From assembly GCA_002428735.1 (NCBI GenBank), contig DIXO01000050.1, positions 3,182-67,181 of the forward strand: a stretch of 64,000 bases of DNA, read 5' to 3'. Shown piece after piece: positions 28,249 through 36,925 of this stretch (the first letter of the stretch is position 1; every line of letters begins with the position of its first letter). Below the pieces are notes generated by a model. That model did not search any database and had not been told where the DNA came from. It saw nothing but the letters and a program-made list of their open reading frames with translations. A program made the translations under genes and the position numbers. The DNA comes from Syntrophaceae bacterium UBA6078. Lineage in GTDB: Bacteria > Desulfobacterota > Syntrophia > Syntrophales > UBA2210.

Positions 28249-30300
28249 TCACATTTTTGATATCCGGCACATGAAACTTCGGCCCGACGGCTCTCCAATC
28301 ACCGGGTTGCGCCGATCGTCATCGGTCAGACGATTGAGATTATAATCAGGATCCACCTCCCCCCAGCCCCAGGGAATGCGGATCGACCCCGGATGAACAA
28401 CTTCGGAGATTGTGACAGGCATAACAATCCAACCCCGGGGTGTCTCCACTCTGATCCTGTCGCCATCGGCGACCTCGTAAGTCTTCGCGTCCACCGGATG
28501 GACATCGATGGCACACCCTTTTCGGCCCAGAAGCAGCGGCGGGATCTGGTGAAACTGGGAATGGGTGAAGCGGTTATCGCGAGCCCCGCTGATGCCGAGG
28601 ATCGGATACTGGTCCTGTTGATCGAGGAAACTGATCGGTTCGGCCAGAAAGCCATCGGCGTACGGAACTGGAGGATACCCATGCGCCGCGAGCGCTTCTG
28701 AATAAAATTCCACCTTCCCCGAGGGAGTGTTGAACCCTTCTTGTTTGTGTTTTTCGAACGCCATCTCGACGCCCCTCACACCTGCCGTATTTTCCCGCAG
28801 CATCTTCACTGTGATACCTGCCGGCTCCAGTTGATGGTCAATGGCATCCTCGACGGTCCGCCAGGGAAACTCTTTCTCCAGTCCGATTCTCCGTCCCAGT
28901 TCGAAAACGATTTTCCAGTCGGGCCAACTCTCCCCCAGCGGTTCAATAACCTGGTCCTGGATACGGATCAGACCGTTGCGCAGGAAAGCGCGGTTGAGCT
29001 GCGTTTTTTCAAAACAGCCGGCCGTGGGGAGGATAACGTCGGCCATGCGAGCGGTTTGTGTCATGAACATGTCGATTACAACCAGAAAATCAAGTTTTTT
29101 GAGCGCCCGTTCCACCCGTCCGGCATCCATCATCGATGTGACCGGATTGCCCGACTGACAAACCAGCATGGTGATCTGATACGGCCTGTGATCAAGGATC
29201 GCGTCCACCACACAGGACTGCACGTGATTTCCCCAGGTGGGATGAAATTCGTTGAACAGCGGGTAGTCACCGGTAACCGGTTTGAGCCCCGCAGGCAGGC
29301 GTCCTTTAAGCTGAATATTGCGGGCCGGGACCGGCTGGGGAATGAAATCCCCTCCCGTGACATCGAGATTGCCGGTCAGGGCTCTCAGCATGCCAACCGC
29401 GCGGGTCGCATCGAACGCATCGAGCTGCATGTCAAGGCCGTTGCCGTCAATAATACAGGCGGGTCGAGTTGTCGCGTATATCCGGGCCGCGTCCTTGACC
29501 GCCGCCGGGTCAAGCCATATGTCTCCGGCGATCCTTTCTGCCGGGAACTGTGCCGCCGATCGCCGCAACTCTTCAAACCCGATGGTCCACTCGCTTACAA
29601 AATCAGCGTCATATCGTTTTTGCGATATGATTTCATGAATCATGGCCATGGCCAGTAGACCGTCATGGGCCGGTTTGATCTGAAGCCAGATGTCGGCATG
29701 AGCGGCGAGGGACGTCTTGATCGGATCGACCACAATGAGCGTGGCACCCCGTTGCCTGGCCTGCAGAATACTTTCGGCCGCGGCAGGATTTGTGTCCCGG
29801 TCGTTCTTCCCCCATACGAGGATACAGCGCGCGTCCTGCGGCAGCGGGACGGTCATGGCGCCGTAAGTGATCGTATGGGCGCATTCACGCCCCACGTGAC
29901 AGACCGAACCGTTTCCGATGGTGTTTGGCGAACCAAAGGCGTTCATCAGGCGATTGACATAATCCCAGGGAGCCCCCCAGTCGGCCGCCATCCCTCTGAG
30001 CCAGCAAACGGACTGGGGGCCGCTTACCCTTTTAACCTGAAGAAACCGCCGGGCAACCGTGTCGAGTGCTTCATTCCAGGACACCTCCTGAAAGGTGCCG
30101 GCAGAGTTTTTCACCAGCGGCCGTTTCAGGCGCTGGGAAGAATAGACGATATCGGCAGCCGCTTGTAATTTCGGGCAGATCAGCTGTTTGTTATCGGGTA
30201 CAATCGACTTTCTTTTGGCGGAGATCAACCGGCCGTTTTCGATTTCAGCTTCAATCGGGCAGCATGACGAACAAAGACGACAGATAGTGTCTTTTTTCAT
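28249..30300 (-). CDS. Molybdopterin (bis-MGD) oxidoreductase, cytoplasmic, Cys-ligand type
   Basis: N-terminal 4Fe-4S motif CRLCSSCCP and a Mo-ligand region GNGSVCHVGRE (Cys-His, as in formate-dehydrogenase-like enzymes). The C-terminal molydopterin dinucleotide-binding barrel appears as VHPVDAKTYEVADGDRIRVETPRG. No Tat signal. Confidence 0.88.
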   Translation of the reverse strand: MKKDTICRLCSSCCPIEAEIENGRLISAKRKSIVPDNKQLICPKLQAAADIVYSSQRLKRPLVKNSAGTFQEVSWNEALDTVARRFLQVKRVSGPQSVCWLRGMAADWGAPWDYVNRLMNAFGSPNTIGNGSVCHVGRECAHTITYGAMTVPLPQDARCILVWGKNDRDTNPAAAESILQARQRGATLIVVDPIKTSLAAHADIWLQIKPAHDGLLAMAMIHEIISQKRYDADFVSEWTIGFEELRRSAAQFPAERIAGDIWLDPAAVKDAARIYATTRPACIIDGNGLDMQLDAFDATRAVGMLRALTGNLDVTGGDFIPQPVPARNIQLKGRLPAGLKPVTGDYPLFNEFHPTWGNHVQSCVVDAILDHRPYQITMLVCQSGNPVTSMMDAGRVERALKKLDFLVVIDMFMTQTARMADVILPTAGCFEKTQLNRAFLRNGLIRIQDQVIEPLGESWPDWKIVFELGRRIGLEKEFPWRTVEDAIDHQLEPAGITVKMLRENTAGVRGVEMAFEKHKQEGFNTPSGKVEFYSEALAAHGYPPVPYADGFLAEPISFLDQQDQYPILGISGARDNRFTHSQFHQIPPLLLGRKGCAIDVHPVDAKTYEVADGDRIRVETPRGWIVMPVTISEVVHPGSIRIPWGWGEVDPDYNLNRLTDDDRRNPVIGEPSGRSFMCRISKM

Positions 30301-30328
30301 GAGGGATCCCTCCTGTGGGTTTCTTAAG

Positions 30329-31270
30329 CTATCTGCTTGCTTTTACATAGCAACTGCGGATTTGTTCAAAATGGTTGGCGTGGGTACGGATTCTCCACCA
30401 TACTTCTCCCCGCGATGTTATGTTCCATCTGGGAGAAAGCCGGTTCCGACCGTCATTCAGCAGGGCCACGATATTATCAAGACCTTTGCCGGCATAGGGG
30501 CCGTTGGTTGTGCCCCCCAGCCACTCCTCTTCAGGGGCAGTCTCCTCGGACCATGAAAAAGGATCGGATAGAAGAAACTGAGCTCCCGCTTTGCGGATCA
30601 CCCGGTTCATCTCTTCAAGGTGGGTCATGGGACGGGGCACTTTATCGACCAGATTCAAAGAGGAGAGCGATCCGGCGCTGCCGCTCGGAATGGGGAGCAT
30701 CAAGGCGTCAGCAACAATGAATTCCACTTTCCCACTGTCCCAATCCGGCGGCAGTGACACGGTGACGTCGGTGGTTATATTTCCTTCCTGTTTCAGCGCC
30801 ACCGTTATTTTACGGTATACCATCAATTCCCTGGCCGTCTTAATGAATGCATGCGAGTTGTCGAGACCGACCGCCAGATCACTTCTTTGCCCCATTTCGA
30901 AGGTGAACCGCCCTACCGCCGCCCCCGCGTCGATGGCAAGACCGTCGTGAGGCTGTATCAGGTCCGCCCATCGTCGATAGGCGTCTGACGCGTTCTCATC
31001 CTTCAAAATATCGGCGTAATGACTCCACAGGTATGAAGAAATCACCGGTGCTGTTTCATATTTATTTTCTGATGAAGTACCGCGGCCAGACCCATTCGGG
31101 TCGAGATTGGCGACCCCGTGTTCGACAGGGTAGGACCTGCGGCATTGCGGGCAGCTTAGTACACCTTCCAGAATATCCTCTCCCGAGATCTCCCTGATGG
31201 TGCCTTTCAATGGAATTTCTTCCGGTAGACAAGACGGACAGATCAGTAAATCCAGGAGCGTTTTTTTCAT
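30329..31270 (-). CDS. Class I SAM-dependent methyltransferase with N-terminal Trm112-like zinc ribbon
   Basis: Two CxxC pairs (LICPSCLPEE ... LSCPQCRRSYPVEHGVANL) are followed by SAM motif I (AIDAGAAVGRFTFEM). Confidence 0.75.
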   Translation of the reverse strand: MKKTLLDLLICPSCLPEEIPLKGTIREISGEDILEGVLSCPQCRRSYPVEHGVANLDPNGSGRGTSSENKYETAPVISSYLWSHYADILKDENASDAYRRWADLIQPHDGLAIDAGAAVGRFTFEMGQRSDLAVGLDNSHAFIKTARELMVYRKITVALKQEGNITTDVTVSLPPDWDSGKVEFIVADALMLPIPSGSAGSLSSLNLVDKVPRPMTHLEEMNRVIRKAGAQFLLSDPFSWSEETAPEEEWLGGTTNGPYAGKGLDNIVALLNDGRNRLSPRWNITSRGEVWWRIRTHANHFEQIRSCYVKASR

Positions 31271-31505
31271 CTATCTCTCCCCCTAATGCATCGTATTTTT
31301 AAAAACGACAGTACGGTTAACATAGATTTCGATTATGATTCAATCAATATACACTACTAAAAGTGAATCTGATCACTAACCGGAAAACGTTTCTCTGCCT
31401 ATTACATCGATAAGGCCCTCGCCATATGAATTGACGGGTATAAGCCCCGAAAACGGAAATTCCTTACTAAGGTTTTGTTTAGTATATACAATAGCCACGC
31501 GAATC

Positions 31506-32039
31506 ATGCCACTATTTAGACTACAGTCTGATGAACCACAGGTTAATCCGAGCGTTTTTATCGCCCCGACGGCAGAGGTGGTCGGAAATGTCACTATCAG
31601 AAGGGATTCTTCAGTCTGATTCAACGGCGTAATCAGGGGGGACATTGCTTCCATTACCATCGGTGAGGAAACAAACATTCAAGACCTTACGAGATTTTAC
31701 CGTGGGCATTGGGCATCCGCTTTATATCGGCAACCAAGTGACTGTAGGCCATCGCTGTATAGTGCATGGATGCACACTAGAAGACAACTGTATGATCGGT
31801 ATGGGAGCTATTATCATGAATGGTCCAAGATCGGTCGTTCTGGAGCATGCAACCTCTCCCCCCCCCTTTTTTTTCCCCTCCTGACAGGTGCCCCGGCTAG
31901 GATCAAACAGACTTTTGAAGGGACGATACGTAACAGGATCCGCATCCCGGCAGAGAACTATATTAATCATTCCGCGCTGTATCGATCGCCCAAATCGCTC
32001 ACACTGATCAAACAGCTTCCCCTTTCTCTTCATGATTAG
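31506..32039 (+). pseudogene. Gamma-class carbonic anhydrase / LbH (YrdA/PaaY-like) family pseudogene
   Basis: MPLFRLQSDEPQVNPSVFIAPTAEVVGNVTIRRDSSV is followed by TGA (31617-31619) exactly where the family has Trp (SSVWFN), then FNGVIRGDIASITIGEETNIQD. The homology then jumps frame to ..PLYIGNQVTVGHRCIVHGCTLEDNCMIGMGAIIMNG, and back to KIGRSG..LLTGAPARIKQTFEG..AENY. That is one nonsense mutation plus at least two frameshifts. Confidence 0.7.
31853..31882 (+). repeat. 30-nt uninterrupted polypyrimidine tract (C9 T8 core)
   Basis: CCTCTCCCCCCCCCTTTTTTTTCCCCTCCT read directly from the sequence. It lies inside the decayed LbH pseudogene. Confidence 0.85.
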
Positions 32040-32078
32040 CGAACTTTTATAACATATAGACTGTGTTTGAATTTGTGT

Positions 32079-32107
32079 TTGACATTATGAGAGCAAGCCA
32101 CTACATT
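32079..32107 (+). promoter_or_regulatory. sigma70-like promoter candidate for trxA
   Basis: TTGACA (32079-32084), a 17-nt spacer, then TACATT (32102-32107). It lies 31 nt upstream of the trxA ATG. Confidence 0.4.
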
Positions 32108-32138
32108 GTGCGCAACAAGCAGCGAGCAGGAGCGTGCC

Positions 32139-32468
32139 ATGAAGGAAGAGGGGTTGTTGGTGTATCTGAACGATGAAAGTTTTGGTGAGGTTGTTCAAGC
32201 CAAGGGATCCGTTCTCGTGGATTTCTGGGCTCCCTGGTGTGGGCCGTGCCTTGCCATGGAACCAGTGATCGAGGAACTTGCCCGGGAATATGTGGGAAGA
32301 GTGAAGATGACGCGGATCAATGTCGATGACAGCCCCGTCACCGCTGATAAGTACGGTATCAAGGGTATACCGACGGTACTCTTCTTCAAGGACGGGAAAC
32401 TGGTGGACACGCTGACGGGACTTATGCCCAAGGGTCGTCTGGCGGAGTCTTTGAAAAAGGTGTTATAG
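32139..32468 (+). CDS. trxA: Thioredoxin
   Basis: WAPWCGPC active site, about 109 aa from the ATG at 32139, with AGGAG upstream. Confidence 0.92.
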   Translation: MKEEGLLVYLNDESFGEVVQAKGSVLVDFWAPWCGPCLAMEPVIEELAREYVGRVKMTRINVDDSPVTADKYGIKGIPTVLFFKDGKLVDTLTGLMPKGRLAESLKKVL

Positions 32469-32470
32469 AG

Positions 32471-33163
32471 ATGAAATGCCCACGAATCGCACTTGCGGTT
32501 ATTGCCATCTTTTTCCTTGCCGGTTGTCTGCCGTGGTGGGACAAATCCCCTCGGCCAAACACACCCGAGGCGCTGTACACGCGAGGGCAGGAGGAATACA
32601 GGGACGGGAATTACAAAAAGGCGGTCGAATTCTTTCGGAGGCTGGTGGAAGAGTATCCCCTCGGAGAGCTTGCCATACCTGCCGAACTGGGAGTGGCAGA
32701 CTCGTATTTCAGCGATCGTGACTACGCAACAGCCGCACTTCATTATAATGATTTCATGGAGTTCCATCCGACCAACGAGCATCTTCCCTACGTCATGTAC
32801 CAGATAGGCCTGTGCCACTATAAGCAGATTATGGAGATCGACCGGGATCAGACGGAAACACGTATGGCGGAGCAGGCCTTCCAGCGGCTCCTTTCCCGGT
32901 TTCCCAGCAGCCAGTTCTCCGTTCTGGGTGAAGAGAAATTAAAGGAGTGCCGCAGGATGCTCGGTGAGCACGAATTTTACGTGGGAAAATTCTATTTCAA
33001 TATTGGAGAATACCGGGCCGCACTGGCGCGGTTCGAGATCATTCAAAAACAGTATCCCCGCCTGGGCATGGATTACAAGACGAGCCACTTCATACGGGAA
33101 ACGAAGAAACGCCTTGCGGAAAGTGAGGCGAAGAACGGCGCACAGGCGCGCGATAAGGGTTGA
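32471..33163 (+). CDS. bamD: Outer membrane protein assembly factor BamD (YfiO-like TPR lipoprotein)
   Basis: FFLAGC lipobox and TPR-like repeats (YTRGQEEYRDGNYKKAVEFFRRLVEEYP...AELGVADSYF...). Size and layout are typical of BamD. Confidence 0.8.
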   Translation: MKCPRIALAVIAIFFLAGCLPWWDKSPRPNTPEALYTRGQEEYRDGNYKKAVEFFRRLVEEYPLGELAIPAELGVADSYFSDRDYATAALHYNDFMEFHPTNEHLPYVMYQIGLCHYKQIMEIDRDQTETRMAEQAFQRLLSRFPSSQFSVLGEEKLKECRRMLGEHEFYVGKFYFNIGEYRAALARFEIIQKQYPRLGMDYKTSHFIRETKKRLAESEAKNGAQARDKG

Positions 33164-33288
33164 CCATGGCCGGGCGGTTCCTTCCCCGTCTTCCGCCCCG
33201 ATCAGGTCTGCAAACCATTGTGCTGTCCACAACATGTGCCCTTCCCCATCACCTCCGCCGGAATATAAAGATCACGAGTTTTTTATTC

Positions 33289-33318
33289 TTGACACATAAC
33301 CCGCTCACTTCTTAAGAT
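33289..33318 (+). promoter_or_regulatory. sigma70-like promoter candidate for the PEP-CTERM protein gene
   Basis: TTGACA (33289-33294), an 18-nt spacer, then TAAGAT (33313-33318). A T-rich stretch lies upstream, and the GTG start is 31 nt downstream. Confidence 0.45.
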
Positions 33319-33348
33319 AAACTACCATCGTCCGGAAAGTGACACGCC

Positions 33349-34182
33349 GTGAATAGGTTCAAGGCTTCATTTCTTATAGCGCTTTTCAGCTTTTCGCTTG
33401 CATGCGGATCTGCCTCCGCGGCCCCCGTCAGTTATTTCGGGTATGATTTTTCGGCTGATCCTGTACTGGATGCCGAAAAAAGTGTGAGCAATACGGAGGA
33501 CGATCTGATGTGCTGGGCGGCGGCAGCGGCCAATGTCCTCGTCGCGACGGGGTGGGGAAGCGTATACAGCGCCAGCGAAGACAGCATCTTCGGATATTAT
33601 CAGGATCACTGGACCGATGCAGGCGGTCTTCCCGAATTTGCCTGGGAGTGGTGGTTCAGCGGGAATAATGCAATGCAGGGTGTTGATGGATGGTCACAAG
33701 TGGACGTGGCCGGGGGCGCTTTTTACCCGGAGGCGATCTTCTTGGATTACTACTCAAGAACCTGGGACGATGCCCTGGTCCTGTCGGCAATCGATCGGTA
33801 TCTCCACGCGGGGAGCGGGGTAACCCTTGCCCTCTATGGCCCCGGGGGGCACGCCATAACAGTCTGGGGATATGATTACGATGGCGCGACCGGGGATTAT
33901 CTGGGGATCTGGGTGACGGACTCCGACGATGACAAAACGGACCCAACGCCTGAGAACGAGCTGAAATATTATGATGTGCTCTACAGCGGCGATCAGTGGT
34001 TCCTGCAGAATTTCTATGGCAGTAATGATTGGTATATCGGCGAGGTCATGGCCCTCGGTTACATGCCGGCCGCGGGACCTGTGCCTGAACCGGCCACGGT
34101 GATCCTCTTTGGGTGCGGCATCCTCGCTCTCGCGGGAGCGGGGAGGAAGAGATTCAGGAAATCCGAGGCTTCCCCGGAATAA
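33349..34182 (+). CDS. PEP-CTERM-anchored secreted protein with papain-like Cys/His signature
   Basis: Signal peptide (..ACGSASA), a DDLMCWAAAAANVL segment (papain-like C-W-A) and GGHAITVWGYDYD followed by IWVTDSDDD (His plus acidic/Asn position). The C-terminus VPEPATVILFGCGILALAGAGRKRFRK is a PEP-CTERM sorting signal. GTG start. Confidence 0.75.
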   Translation: MNRFKASFLIALFSFSLACGSASAAPVSYFGYDFSADPVLDAEKSVSNTEDDLMCWAAAAANVLVATGWGSVYSASEDSIFGYYQDHWTDAGGLPEFAWEWWFSGNNAMQGVDGWSQVDVAGGAFYPEAIFLDYYSRTWDDALVLSAIDRYLHAGSGVTLALYGPGGHAITVWGYDYDGATGDYLGIWVTDSDDDKTDPTPENELKYYDVLYSGDQWFLQNFYGSNDWYIGEVMALGYMPAAGPVPEPATVILFGCGILALAGAGRKRFRKSEASPE

Positions 34183-34337
34183 CCGGGAATAGAACGCGGC
34201 AGGCGACTGTCGCCAATAAGAGTCCTGCCCATCGGATTAGGTCTTGCCATTCCCTCAAAACATGGTATGAACCGACAGGTCCGTCGGCCGGAAGCCCCTG
34301 TATTGATGAGCCGCGGCAATCAAGGAGCGATACCCCT

Positions 34338-35354
34338 ATGAGCCACCCCGATCTCGTCGCATCAATGACGAGGCCTTCGTTTTATCACCACAGGCCGGAT
34401 ACCGTTGATCTGATCCAGACCCATATTTCCTTTATTTTTATCGCCGGCGATCTGGTGTACAAGGTCAAAAAACCCGTCGATTTCGGTTTTCTCGATTTTA
34501 CCACCCTCGAAAAAAGGAAATATTACTGCGAGCAGGAGGTTCTGCTGAACCGGCGGTTCGCCCCCGATGTGTACGTCGGTGTTTCAGAAATCACGGAGAA
34601 CGGAGAGGGTATCCTTCTCCCGGACGGTGAGGGCTCCGTGATCGAGTATGCCGTCACAATGAAGAGAATCCCGGAGGAAAAGATGCTCCATCGCCTCATG
34701 GAAGCGGGGCGGATCACGGCGGATGACGTTAGACGGGTGGGGCGATACCTTGCACAGGCATATGGGAAAATTCCGAGTGACGCGAAGGCGCGAAAGTTTG
34801 GCTCGCCCGATGCCATTGCAACCAATGTGATGGAAAACTTCGATCAGACGAGCAAATATAAGGGGGGACCGGTGGGCGAACATGCCTTCGAGGCCCTCGA
34901 GGCATGGAGCCGTTCCTTCATGGATAGATATGAGACACTCTTCGATGCGAGGAGAGCGGAAGGCCATATCAAGGACTGTCACGGTGATCTTCACCTCGAG
35001 CATATCTGTATCGAGGACGATGCGGTCTCCGTCTTTGACTGCATTGAATTCAACGAGCGGTTCCGCTTCGGCGATGTGGCGTCGGATGTGGCGTTTCTGT
35101 CAATGGATTTCGATTTCAACGGACGGGGCGACCTCGGCGATGCGTTTGTCGGGGCCTATGTGGACGAGTCGGGAGACACGTCGCTGCGCCGTGTCCTTAA
35201 GTTCTATAAGGTATATCGGGCCATGGTGAGGGCAAAGGTCACCTCCTTCATGCTGGATGACGAAGGCCTCGATGCCGCCGCTCGTGACGGGGCTTTCAGG
35301 AAGGCGAAGCAATACTACGATCTCGCCTGCAGGTACGTGACTCATGAAGATTGA
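34338..35354 (+). CDS. Aminoglycoside-phosphotransferase-like (protein-kinase-fold) family protein, COG2187 N-terminal type
   Basis: ATG at 34338 preceded by AAGGAG. THISFIFIAGDLVYKVKKP is nucleotide-lobe-like, and the catalytic segment is DCHGDLHLEHI. 338 aa. Confidence 0.7.
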   Translation: MSHPDLVASMTRPSFYHHRPDTVDLIQTHISFIFIAGDLVYKVKKPVDFGFLDFTTLEKRKYYCEQEVLLNRRFAPDVYVGVSEITENGEGILLPDGEGSVIEYAVTMKRIPEEKMLHRLMEAGRITADDVRRVGRYLAQAYGKIPSDAKARKFGSPDAIATNVMENFDQTSKYKGGPVGEHAFEALEAWSRSFMDRYETLFDARRAEGHIKDCHGDLHLEHICIEDDAVSVFDCIEFNERFRFGDVASDVAFLSMDFDFNGRGDLGDAFVGAYVDESGDTSLRRVLKFYKVYRAMVRAKVTSFMLDDEGLDAAARDGAFRKAKQYYDLACRYVTHED

Positions 35355-36225
35355 TCTCCACATCCATTCGAAGGACGGATCAGACGGGAACTGGACCCTG
35401 GAGGAGATATTCGCCGAGGCGGCACGGCGAAAGATCGATCTCATGTCCATCACCGATCACGACGCGATCCACTGTCAGGACAGGGCCATCGCCCTGGCCA
35501 AACGGTACGGGATTGCCTATATCCCCGGCGTTGAGCTCAATGTGACCTTTTCTCATCCGTCATACCGGGACGGGAAAGGGGTATCGCTTGATTTCCTCGG
35601 ATACGGCTATGACATCCATAATCAAGAACTGCTGGATAAGCTGAAAGTGATGCGGGCCTACAGAGAAAAGCGGGCCCGCGAGATACTGGAGAAGATCAAC
35701 CGTGAGTTTCAGAAGGAGGGGCGAAGAAGTTTCACGGATCGGGATCTCGCCGAGATAGAGGCGAGCGTCGACGGTTCCTTCGGCCGTCCGCACATTGCCA
35801 ACCATATGATACAAAAAGGCATAGTGCGTGACAGGAAGGAGGCGTTCGAACGGTATCTGGCCCGGTGCGATGTGCCGAAGATGCCGCTGCTTCTGGAAGA
35901 AGCGTCCCGTCTGATACGGAATGCCGGGGGAAAACTGGTGATTGCGCATCCCAACGATCCCAACGGAACATCCCTCGCGGAGCTGACCCCCTCGGTGGGG
36001 GAGCAGCACGCTATTATCAGAGAAGCCATGCTTCCCCATCTGGACGGGGTTGAATGCTGGCATTCGAGACACAGTCAGAACACCATCGAGGCATACCGGT
36101 TCTTTGCCCGGGAGGAAGGATTGATAGTGACAGGGGGATCCGACTGTCACCAGCAGCCCGTGGTCCTGGGAACGATGAATATCCCCGATTACGTGGCGGA
36201 GCAGTTTAAAGACATGGCGGTGTAA
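35344..36225 (+). CDS. PHP-domain metal-dependent phosphoesterase
   Basis: MKIDLHIHSKDGSDG (HxH) ... ITDHD ... IAHPN ... GGSDCH are PHP motifs. It overlaps the upstream gene by 11 nt. Confidence 0.8.
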   Translation: MKIDLHIHSKDGSDGNWTLEEIFAEAARRKIDLMSITDHDAIHCQDRAIALAKRYGIAYIPGVELNVTFSHPSYRDGKGVSLDFLGYGYDIHNQELLDKLKVMRAYREKRAREILEKINREFQKEGRRSFTDRDLAEIEASVDGSFGRPHIANHMIQKGIVRDRKEAFERYLARCDVPKMPLLLEEASRLIRNAGGKLVIAHPNDPNGTSLAELTPSVGEQHAIIREAMLPHLDGVECWHSRHSQNTIEAYRFFAREEGLIVTGGSDCHQQPVVLGTMNIPDYVAEQFKDMAV

Positions 36226-36250
36226 CAATCGGACAGGGAGGAGTCATTTC

Positions 36251-36853
36251 ATGAGGGTTCCGTTCAAACAGTACGTGGAAGAGAAGATTGGGAAAGATGC
36301 CGTTCTGATTGCGTGCGGACTTCCGGCAACGAACAAGACGGAAACCACTGAGGTCGTGGCCCGTCTGAAAGGATACGAGATGCTCCGAACGGACCTGATA
36401 CGCCGCGATGTCCTGAAGGGAGAGGATATCTTCGACGAGAAAGTGGCATCCAATATGGACAAAAGGACGCTCGTCTACGACACGATGTTCGCGCTGGCTG
36501 AAAAGATTTCATCTCACGGCAGAGGAGTAGTCCTCGATGCCACATTCATCACCCAGGACCTCAGGCGGAGGGCCGCCGCCGTGGCCGCCAAGAACCATAA
36601 AACCTTCATTATCCAGCAGACTCAGTGCCCGCAGGAACATTCACTGTACAAGATATCCAAAAGGACAAAAGAAAAGTACGAATCCAACGCCTTGACGGAA
36701 CAGGCCTATCTGAACAACAAGAAAAAGTTCGAACCGGTTGATCTCGATGACCTCAAACGCCGGCACCCTGATCTGCGCATCGTCCATCTTCTGGTTGACA
36801 CGGCCTCGGATTCGGAGGACGAATGGTTCGTGATTGGAGAGGTTGAGCGATAG
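36251..36853 (+). CDS. P-loop kinase-like (AAA_33-type) ATP-binding protein with atypical Walker A
   Basis: LIACGLPATNKTETTEV aligns with the GLPGSGKS-type P-loop, but the invariant Gly before Lys is Asn. VVLDATF is Walker-B-like. 200 aa. Confidence 0.6.
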   Translation: MRVPFKQYVEEKIGKDAVLIACGLPATNKTETTEVVARLKGYEMLRTDLIRRDVLKGEDIFDEKVASNMDKRTLVYDTMFALAEKISSHGRGVVLDATFITQDLRRRAAAVAAKNHKTFIIQQTQCPQEHSLYKISKRTKEKYESNALTEQAYLNNKKKFEPVDLDDLKRRHPDLRIVHLLVDTASDSEDEWFVIGEVER

Positions 36854-36925
36854 CAGCCGGGGCTCTACCCCAAGGATACGCTTGTATTGCTGAAGATTGC
36901 AGTGTGGCAGACAGAAACTTCCCCG

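Noticed and set aside
31617-31619. In-frame TGA at a conserved Trp position as possible TGA=Trp recoding or selenocysteine
   Set aside because: Many confidently called genes in the window terminate with TGA, and the same gene also carries at least two frameshifts. A nonsense mutation in a pseudogene is the simpler reading. No SECIS-like context is needed for a Trp position.
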